In this document: positions 15,817-22,407 of the stretch, in pieces | Position numbering within the stretch: position 1 is the first letter of the stretch | Layout: each line of letters starts with the position of its first letter | Source of the DNA: a virus | Taxonomy: Duplodnaviria > Caudoviricetes | Reading direction: 5' to 3' (one strand) | DNA: 33,126 nucleotides | IMG/VR virus record: IMGVR_UViG_3300022666_000061 | Location: 1-33,126 of that record | Translations under genes and position numbers: made by a program | Notes under the pieces: model-generated | Databases searched by the model: none | Told to the model about the DNA's origin: nothing | What the model saw: the letters and a program-made list of their open reading frames with translations, nothing else

Positions 15817-15911
15817 CGGCGGGAGATCTTCTCATCGTTGCCCTGCTCGCAATCGGCGCAAAAACAATATTGGACTGTGTAATCAGAGTTTTCAGAAATA
15901 GGCAGACATGA
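15813..15911 (+). CDS. Small hydrophobic peptide
   Basis: Coupled on both sides; 'LLIVALLAIGAK'. Confidence 0.45.
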   Translation: MTAGDLLIVALLAIGAKTILDCVIRVFRNRQT

Positions 15912-16084
15912 CGTTCAGGAAACCGTTCACCAAAGCCGAGATCGAGTATATCCGGCTGCATCTTGATGAATGGCCGACTGTCACAGCATACCATCTTTCT
16001 ATTCTATTCGGAACACCTCGGACAGCCCGAGGCGTTAGAGCAGTCATAACCAGGTTAAAGTCAGACTGCATTCTCCCCATGTAA
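15908..16084 (+). CDS. Small Myb/HTH-like DNA-binding protein (58 aa)
   Basis: 'RKPFTKAEIEYIRLH...TAYHLS...RTARGVRAVITRL'. Confidence 0.55.
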   Translation: MTFRKPFTKAEIEYIRLHLDEWPTVTAYHLSILFGTPRTARGVRAVITRLKSDCILPM

Positions 16085-16111
16085 ATATACTCTACAGAGA
16101 GCAATATTAGC

Positions 16112-17050
16112 ATGCCAGAATTGGCAGCCAATTCTCTCCCGAATACACTTACCCATACCGGAGGCGCTAACTCGCAAGAGCACTCCGGCACTACGCCACA
16201 TATTCGGGCGCTTGCGATACCGTTCAAGAAAGGCCAGATGATCTCCGAGTCAGACGGCAGTCTCCTGATCAAGGACGTGCCGATGCTGGCTGAAGGCACC
16301 TGGACCGATTCAGCAGTCGGAACACCGCTCAACTACACGCCCAAAGCGTTGAGCGAATACGCCGGGAACTGGCTCGATCATTCGGGCTGGAGCCGCCACC
16401 TCGGAGGTGTGCCGAGGGATACCACGGACAAGGTAGGCGAAGCTGTCAACCCGCATTATGGGCAGTTCACGGGGAAAGACGGCAAGCTGCACAATGGTGT
16501 GATCTCTGACGTGAGAGTACACCCGTTCACGCAGAAAAGCCGCGATACACAGGAAATGATCAGGCACGGTCTGATCTCGTTTGTTTCAGTCGAACACGGC
16601 GGGGATGAACGATACAATCCCGCGACCCGTCAGATGGAAGCGAACAGTCTCACGTTCTATGGCTTCGCTTTCGTCAACAAGGGGGCCTGTAAACTCTGCC
16701 GTATAAACGAGCAGCCGCAGGCAGCAGCAATCGAACCCGCACCGGAACAGGTGCAGGATGATTTCATGGATTCCAAAGAACTCGAAACAGCAATTGCAGG
16801 AGCCGTAGCGCCGCTCGTCAAGGAGTTAGAAGCGCTGAAGGCCGCACAGAAGCCCGTTGAGGCTCCGAAGGTTGAGATCCCCAAGGAACTCACCGACGCA
16901 ATTGGACAGATCAAGGAACTCTCCGAGCGCCTTGAGAAGATCGAGAACGCACCGACACCGACTCTTACTGACGCCGGTGTTGAGAGCCGCGAACTCGCAG
17001 AACCGCCACGAATCGTCGTGAAACGCGGCGAGATCTACCAGGTGAACTAA
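16112..17050 (+). CDS. Prohead protease fused to a scaffold-like C-terminus
   Basis: Position before capsid genes; His and Ser motifs 'SRHLGG', 'FVSVEH', 'FAFVNKGAC'; helical K/E/A-rich tail. Confidence 0.75.
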   Translation: MPELAANSLPNTLTHTGGANSQEHSGTTPHIRALAIPFKKGQMISESDGSLLIKDVPMLAEGTWTDSAVGTPLNYTPKALSEYAGNWLDHSGWSRHLGGVPRDTTDKVGEAVNPHYGQFTGKDGKLHNGVISDVRVHPFTQKSRDTQEMIRHGLISFVSVEHGGDERYNPATRQMEANSLTFYGFAFVNKGACKLCRINEQPQAAAIEPAPEQVQDDFMDSKELETAIAGAVAPLVKELEALKAAQKPVEAPKVEIPKELTDAIGQIKELSERLEKIENAPTPTLTDAGVESRELAEPPRIVVKRGEIYQVN

Positions 17051-17051
17051 A

Positions 17052-17528
17052 ATGACCGCAACAACTCTCGTCGCATTCGACCCGAAACCAGAGCATCTCG
17101 GAGTAACCAAGACCTTCAAAGCAACCGCCGCAATCCTTCGCGGTTCAGTTGTCGCCTTTGACGCAGCCGGGGAAGACCAGTATGTCTCACACGCAGGTAC
17201 CGGACTCGGCATGGTTGCCGGTGTAGCGCTCACTTCACAGGCCACAGTAGGCGGCCCTGTTGACGTTGCAATGATCGGCTCGATCCTCACCGTCATGCTG
17301 GATACCGACAATGGCGCAATCGACGCCGGGCACTGGGTCCAGGTGGGCGCAGTAGCCGGAACTGTCTGTGAGTTTGATCCTGCAATAGGCGCACACGCTG
17401 CCACAGTTGGCGCTGGTGCCTGGCCTGTCGGATATACGCTCAAGAACTCGGTCGTAGGTGGTTCGACTGTCGGATCGACTGTTCAGATCGTGGTCAACCC
17501 TGCACCGCTGTACACGGCGAGCGAGTGA
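17052..17528 (+). CDS. Capsid decoration/cement protein (DUF2190-like)
   Basis: 'TFKATAAILRGSVV...GVAL...AIDAGHWV...VGYTL'; lies between protease and MCP. Confidence 0.7.
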   Translation: MTATTLVAFDPKPEHLGVTKTFKATAAILRGSVVAFDAAGEDQYVSHAGTGLGMVAGVALTSQATVGGPVDVAMIGSILTVMLDTDNGAIDAGHWVQVGAVAGTVCEFDPAIGAHAATVGAGAWPVGYTLKNSVVGGSTVGSTVQIVVNPAPLYTASE

Positions 17529-17537
17529 GGTGACAAA

Positions 17538-18518
17538 ATGACACAACTCTTCAGCAAATACCTAAGCCTCGCAATCGGAGCCGCAGACGCACCGCACGAG
17601 ACGAAGCAGATCGTGAACAGCATTCCGAAAGAACTGTCAGCATGGCATGATGACAAAGTTGTCTCGGTCCGTGAACTTCTGCTCACGACTGATATTGCGT
17701 CAACGTCGCTCGTTCAGACGGAATTCTACAATACCGTTCTTGAAGGATCGCAGCCCGTCAAGTGCATGAGGCAGGCCATCCCGATCTTCGGGGCGAAGGC
17801 CGGAACTCTCACCGTGCCAATTGGAGAAACAGGCACCTATGCGCCAAAGATCGCAGAAGGCGCCGAAGCCACGATGTATAACCAGACCTACACCACGCGG
17901 GACTTCACCGTCTACAAGTGGGGAGATCGCCCAATGATCTCGCAGGAGATGGTTGACCGTGGACTCTACGACGTTATTGGACTCGAAGTCGCAGCGGCAG
18001 GCCAGCGGCTTGAGAACACCCTGAACCAGGAAGCCCTGTCGGTGATCCTTCAGAACTCCGGACTTGAGCAGGACTGTGCTGAAGCGGCAACCGCAGCGGC
18101 AACCCTCACCAAGACGGCAGGCGCAATCAGCGCTGTCCGTGGGGCAGGCTACAACCCTGACACGATCATCGTTCATCCGGAAGCAGAAGCCCTCCTGCTT
18201 GAGAAGTTCACCAGCCTGAACACTCAGGTTGGAACCGATGTCACCCTCTCTGGCAAGATCGGGACTCTGCTCGGATGCAGTGTCTACAGCACCAGTGTCA
18301 CCGACAACAGCGCCACCTACGCATGGGATTTCGACGCCAACGGGGAAGTCGGTGTGCTTGTCCTCGATTCCAAGCGGGCGGGTGCAATTGCGATGGAAAA
18401 GGACATCTACGTCGAGAAATACAACGACCCTGTAAGGGACCTTCTCGGCTGTGTAGTCCGTGCCCGGTTTGGGACCAACTACCTGGCAGCCAACGCGACA
18501 GCACGAGTCATATATTAA
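17538..18518 (+). CDS. Major capsid protein (HK97 fold)
   Basis: 'IAEGAE', 'ISQEMVD', 'PDTIIVHP', 'IGTLLGCSV', 'RARFG'; strong GAGGTGA RBS. Confidence 0.92.
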   Translation: MTQLFSKYLSLAIGAADAPHETKQIVNSIPKELSAWHDDKVVSVRELLLTTDIASTSLVQTEFYNTVLEGSQPVKCMRQAIPIFGAKAGTLTVPIGETGTYAPKIAEGAEATMYNQTYTTRDFTVYKWGDRPMISQEMVDRGLYDVIGLEVAAAGQRLENTLNQEALSVILQNSGLEQDCAEAATAAATLTKTAGAISAVRGAGYNPDTIIVHPEAEALLLEKFTSLNTQVGTDVTLSGKIGTLLGCSVYSTSVTDNSATYAWDFDANGEVGVLVLDSKRAGAIAMEKDIYVEKYNDPVRDLLGCVVRARFGTNYLAANATARVIY

Positions 18519-18521
18519 GCA

Positions 18522-18538
18522 GGGGGCCTAATCCCCCC
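18522..18538 (+). promoter_or_regulatory. G/C hairpin directly after MCP
   Basis: GGGGG-CCTAAT-CCCCC between the MCP stop and the next ATG. Confidence 0.45.
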
Positions 18539-18784
18539 ATGCTCACCTCTGAAAACAGCGGCAAATACCTGTCGAAGAGATACGCAGAGGAACGCGAACG
18601 GTGCGCAAGAGACAAGACGCAGTTCACCGCAGCAGAGCAGGCGTTTTTGGAGGTATCCAGCACCCCGCATAACGGCGAGGCTGACAAACAGCGCGAGGCA
18701 TTCAAGTACTGCTCTTCGCCTGCTGATACCAGGACGAACAGCAGAACGCTCGACGTCAGGGACAGGCCGGAGGTGGGGTATTGA
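18539..18784 (+). CDS. Hypothetical protein
   Basis: MLTSENSG...; ends over a GGAGGTGG RBS. Confidence 0.6.
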   Translation: MLTSENSGKYLSKRYAEERERCARDKTQFTAAEQAFLEVSSTPHNGEADKQREAFKYCSSPADTRTNSRTLDVRDRPEVGY

Positions 18785-19149
18785 GTTACTGCACGACCGC
18801 TGACCTTGTGAACATCTCTGGATCGACTGCTTCAGCAACCGTGCTTCAAGCGATCATAGATGACGGCGACAGAGAAATTGATGCATACCTCGCACCGCAT
18901 GGATTGGCAGGATCTTCTACAGGTGCGCCTAAAAGTGCGTCGTTGAAGCTGGCACAGGCGGGGCTTCTGGTATACAACCGAATGTCAGGGGAAAGCCCAC
19001 CTGTATTCAGTTCGGGGGATTACTCGCAGTCCGACACTGTTGATTTGCTCGGCATTGCGAAACACCTTCGTGATTCTGCGTTTGCTTTGCTCGATAAGTA
19101 CATCGAGGACAAGACAACGATTACCTACCTGCTCAAGGTGAACACATGA
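18781..19149 (+). CDS. Head-tail adaptor
   Basis: 'MSYCTTADL...IIDDGDREIDAYL' is a typical adaptor N-terminus. Confidence 0.8.
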   Translation: MSYCTTADLVNISGSTASATVLQAIIDDGDREIDAYLAPHGLAGSSTGAPKSASLKLAQAGLLVYNRMSGESPPVFSSGDYSQSDTVDLLGIAKHLRDSAFALLDKYIEDKTTITYLLKVNT

Positions 19150-19721
19150 CCCTGCGAGGGCTGATTCACACCTGCACCGTGCAACTGCGTGGACAGAAAC
19201 AGAAACTCACGATCAAGACCGGCACATCAGCGATCGCTGCGGGTATGGTATTGACAGGTGGGACTTCACACGCAGTCGCTACAGTTGAAACCTATACTCA
19301 CACCTCTGGGTCCTGGGCAGGTGGTGACGAGGCGGGGTACTGCATCCTGATCAACGTCACCGGAACGTTCCAAGCCAATGAACCCGTTACAGGCGCAACA
19401 ACAGGCGCAGCGGTCGTAAACACAATCGCCAATTATTCCGGCTCGGATGGGAAACCCTCTTACTATTGGGTCAACGAGTCCACAGGCGCCAACTGCCGCT
19501 TTTACAGCCCGACTCAGAACACGACATACATTGAGTCAGGACAGGTAGTGAAAAGCCCTGTAAAGTGCATGGTGGGGGCGTCTGTGATCCTGTCCGCTGT
19601 CACCCGGCGGCTGACTACAACCGACACCGGGTTCTCTGGCACATGGACGATCACCGGCGTTGTGCCTCGGACCAACGCGGTGGGAATCGATCACTACGAA
19701 GCAACATTGGAGGCGGCATGA
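19146..19721 (+). CDS. Head closure protein with an inserted beta domain
   Basis: 'LIHTCTVQ...CRFY...HYEATLE' scaffold interrupted by a G/T-rich insert. Confidence 0.7.
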   Translation: MTLRGLIHTCTVQLRGQKQKLTIKTGTSAIAAGMVLTGGTSHAVATVETYTHTSGSWAGGDEAGYCILINVTGTFQANEPVTGATTGAAVVNTIANYSGSDGKPSYYWVNESTGANCRFYSPTQNTTYIESGQVVKSPVKCMVGASVILSAVTRRLTTTDTGFSGTWTITGVVPRTNAVGIDHYEATLEAA

Positions 19722-20074
19722 ACGCTGACGAACGCAACCAGGCAGTATGTCCGGGACATGACGAGCTGCTGAAGATCAGCATCACTACCCAGACGGAAGT
19801 CCGGCATCTGAACGAAGTTCTGCAGAGGTTTCTTTCTCAGCAGGAGTGCCAGGACTCGAAACTGCGTGATCTTGAGATCAACGGCTCGAAAGCGACGCGG
19901 GATAATACCGAATCAATCCGCGAGATCTCAAAACGGGTTGAAGTCCTGGAATCGTCAGAAGACCGGAGAGCAGGTGAATCAAAAGCTACTGTCCGGAATG
20001 CCGGGATTGTCGCGGGTGTAATCGCTATTATTGGGACAATTGTTTCGATTATAGCAACGCTCTGGAGGTCCTGA
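19718..20074 (+). CDS. Coiled-coil protein with C-terminal TM helix
   Basis: Coiled coil followed by 'AGIVAGVIAIIGTIVSIIATLW'. Confidence 0.7.
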   Translation: MNADERNQAVCPGHDELLKISITTQTEVRHLNEVLQRFLSQQECQDSKLRDLEINGSKATRDNTESIREISKRVEVLESSEDRRAGESKATVRNAGIVAGVIAIIGTIVSIIATLWRS

Positions 20075-20078
20075 ACAA

Positions 20079-20549
20079 ATGGGTGGCCTCAAGGTGACGA
20101 TCACCGGCAAGGAAGAACTGATCCGGGCTATTGATGGAAAACGCAGCGAAATCCTCGAATCTGCGAAAACGGGATTGAGGAAAGCCGCTGTCGGGATCGA
20201 GAACGAGGCCAAGGACTACTGCTCGCCGCAATCAACGCCGTATTGGCACGCACCGTTCGATACCGGGCGGCTACGTAGCTCTATTGACGGCGACCAGACA
20301 CCGACTGACACTGAAGAGGGCTGTCACACTTCGGTCGAAGTCAAAGGCACGGATTATGATGTTTTCGTTCATGAAGGCCACTTCACCCGGCATTCCAGAG
20401 CATCGTTTTCCGGTGCGACGAGGTATTCCCTCGGCAGCGAGTCCCGGTCATACGTCCCAGGCCGCCCGTTCCTGCTTGACGCCATGAACGCCAAGCGGGA
20501 GGACACCCTGAAAACCGTGGCTGGTGCCATTCGCGAGGTGCTGGAATGA
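20079..20549 (+). CDS. HK97 gp10-like neck/tail completion protein
   Basis: 'APFDTGRLRSSI', 'FVHEG', 'PGRPFL'. Confidence 0.88.
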   Translation: MGGLKVTITGKEELIRAIDGKRSEILESAKTGLRKAAVGIENEAKDYCSPQSTPYWHAPFDTGRLRSSIDGDQTPTDTEEGCHTSVEVKGTDYDVFVHEGHFTRHSRASFSGATRYSLGSESRSYVPGRPFLLDAMNAKREDTLKTVAGAIREVLE

Positions 20550-20929
20550 CGCGGGATATTGACGTTGATGTCAGGACACACCTGCTCGCTGACGCCACCA
20601 TAGCGGGGCTTGTAAGTGACAGGATATACCCGAATGTTGCACCACTTGACGCAGTATTCCCGAATATTGTTTACAGCCCTGTGGATGAAAACGACGAATG
20701 CTACGACGGCTACTATTACCGCCGGATCCGGTATTCGTGTTGGACGCAGGACACCGACACAGTTGACGGCTACACGCAGCTCAAGACGCTCGTAGCCGCT
20801 GTAAAATCCAGAATGCTTCTTGCGACGACGTTCACTGCGTCGCTCGCACAGTCGATCAACGCGCCCAATCCTGAATTAGCAATCTACGGGCGGCATTTGC
20901 ACTATAACCTGACATACAAGGAGGTTTGA
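20546..20929 (+). CDS. Tail terminator (DUF3168-like)
   Basis: 'LLADATIAGLVSDRIYPNVAP....PNIVY'. Confidence 0.85.
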   Translation: MTRDIDVDVRTHLLADATIAGLVSDRIYPNVAPLDAVFPNIVYSPVDENDECYDGYYYRRIRYSCWTQDTDTVDGYTQLKTLVAAVKSRMLLATTFTASLAQSINAPNPELAIYGRHLHYNLTYKEV

Positions 20930-20933
20930 AAAC

Positions 20934-21761
20934 ATGGTATACCAGACAACGCCGGTAGACGCGGATGACATCCGCACCGGCTCAGTAAAGATTGAGGCTC
21001 GCGCTTACGGCAGCTCAGGCGCCTACACGAACCTCGGAACAGCAACGGGAATAGGAACAAGGCCGGAAGTCGAGGATTTCACGATTGAAGGTGACAATAC
21101 CGGCGACGTGCTCAAGTTCCTCGGCGCTCAGAAACTCACGATCAGCGCTAATCTGATTGAGTACAACTTGACGGCGCTCAATACCCTGCTCTCTGGTGCG
21201 ACAACCTACTCAACGACAGCCGGTGACGCCGTAACAGGTGCGACCGCTACGCTGACGTTCTCAACGACAACCGAGCGAGCGAAGGTCCCTTACCGGCATT
21301 GGAGTACCAACAAGTACGCCGCTGTGTCAATCACGTCGATCAAGGACGGGACTGATGCTGTGACGTATACTGCAGAAGACGACTACCTCGCACACATTGA
21401 CGAGGACGGCTACACCTGGATCATCAGGAACACCGCCGGGGATATCACATCCGGGCAGTCAGTCCACATCATCTACGACTACACCCCGCTCGCCACCAAA
21501 ACGCTGTCAACCGGCGGAAAGACGAGCAAAAACTACCTCGAACTGAAACTCACCAACACTGACGACGCCGCCAAGACGATTGTTGTGGACATCTACAAGG
21601 CGTCAATCAAGGGCATGCCGCTGCTTCCAACGTCATTCCCGACTGACAAGGGCGGCAATAACAGTTCCTGGGCAATCCCGATTGAGATTGAGGCGATTGA
21701 GGATTCCACCAGGACTGCCGGCGATCAGTTGTTCAAGATCACTGATTCCCAGAACCCGTGA
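20934..21761 (+). CDS. Major tail tube protein
   Basis: Position; 'NLGTATG', 'LTISANLIEYN', 'VDIYKA', 'IPIEIEA'. Confidence 0.8.
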   Translation: MVYQTTPVDADDIRTGSVKIEARAYGSSGAYTNLGTATGIGTRPEVEDFTIEGDNTGDVLKFLGAQKLTISANLIEYNLTALNTLLSGATTYSTTAGDAVTGATATLTFSTTTERAKVPYRHWSTNKYAAVSITSIKDGTDAVTYTAEDDYLAHIDEDGYTWIIRNTAGDITSGQSVHIIYDYTPLATKTLSTGGKTSKNYLELKLTNTDDAAKTIVVDIYKASIKGMPLLPTSFPTDKGGNNSSWAIPIEIEAIEDSTRTAGDQLFKITDSQNP

Positions 21762-21775
21762 GGCGGTGGTAAGGC

Positions 21776-22129
21776 ACGACTGAAGATTTAGACGGGGAAC
21801 AGGAAGAGCAGCCGGTTAAGGTGTTTGATTACGAGAAGGCTCTGCCCCTCATAATCGGGTACGTGGACAACATGGGCGATCAGCGGATTGCCCTTCCAAC
21901 ACCTTCTATAAAATCAGCGGATCTCATCTGGCGTCGTATCAATCAGCGCCGGAAATCAAACGAACTGGTTACAATGGGTGATCAGATTGATTGCGTTCTT
22001 TCCGTTCTGCAACAGGAGAATCCCTGGGTAACCCGCGATTTCCTGCTGAACCAGACGGCAAACCGCATATCGAACCTGTTCACGTTGTTCGTTAATGAAC
22101 TGTCGAAGAACGCCGAAAAAAACGAGTAG
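21776..22129 (+). CDS. Tail assembly chaperone (gpG-like); probable ACG start, first canonical start GTG 21821
   Basis: Lies between tail tube and TMP; ends in a slippery site. Confidence 0.75.
   Translation, partial: TTEDLDGEQEEQPVKVFDYEKALPLIIGYVDNMGDQRIALPTPSIKSADLIWRRINQRRKSNELVTMGDQIDCVLSVLQQENPWVTRDFLLNQTANRISNLFTLFVNELSKNAEKNE
22117..22123 (+). other. Programmed -1 frameshift site A AAA AAC
   Basis: X XXY YYZ heptamer in frame one codon before the TAG stop; the -1 frame is open into ORF 22144-22407. Confidence 0.88.
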
Positions 22130-22143
22130 ATGATGACGATGAG

Positions 22144-22407
22144 GTGGACGAGTTCCGGGAAAACCTCGCCGCCATCATCTTTCAGGTGCTCGCCACGTTT
22201 CCGACCATGACGTTTGACCAGTGCATGAACTTACAGGCGGGGCAATTAGGCGTCTACTACAAGAACGCCTGTCGTATCGAAGAGGAACGGGCTGTTCGAT
22301 TAGGCGCGAAGATCGCTGAAATCGTCGCTGCTATGTTTGCACCACCGAAAGAACCAGAACCCGTAAGCGGGGCTGATACGCTGCGACAAGCATTCGGAGG
22401 ACTCTGA
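22144..22407 (+). CDS. Tail assembly chaperone gpT-like part, expressed as a G-T fusion
   Basis: -1 frame continuation 'KRVDDDDEVDEFREN...TFDQCMNL'. Confidence 0.8.
   Translation: MDEFRENLAAIIFQVLATFPTMTFDQCMNLQAGQLGVYYKNACRIEEERAVRLGAKIAEIVAAMFAPPKEPEPVSGADTLRQAFGGL

Noticed and set aside
22127-22129. Pyrrolysine readthrough of the TAG
   Set aside because: The next in-frame codons are ATG ATG ACG ATG AGG and do not join the downstream ORF; the -1 slippery site explains the arrangement.
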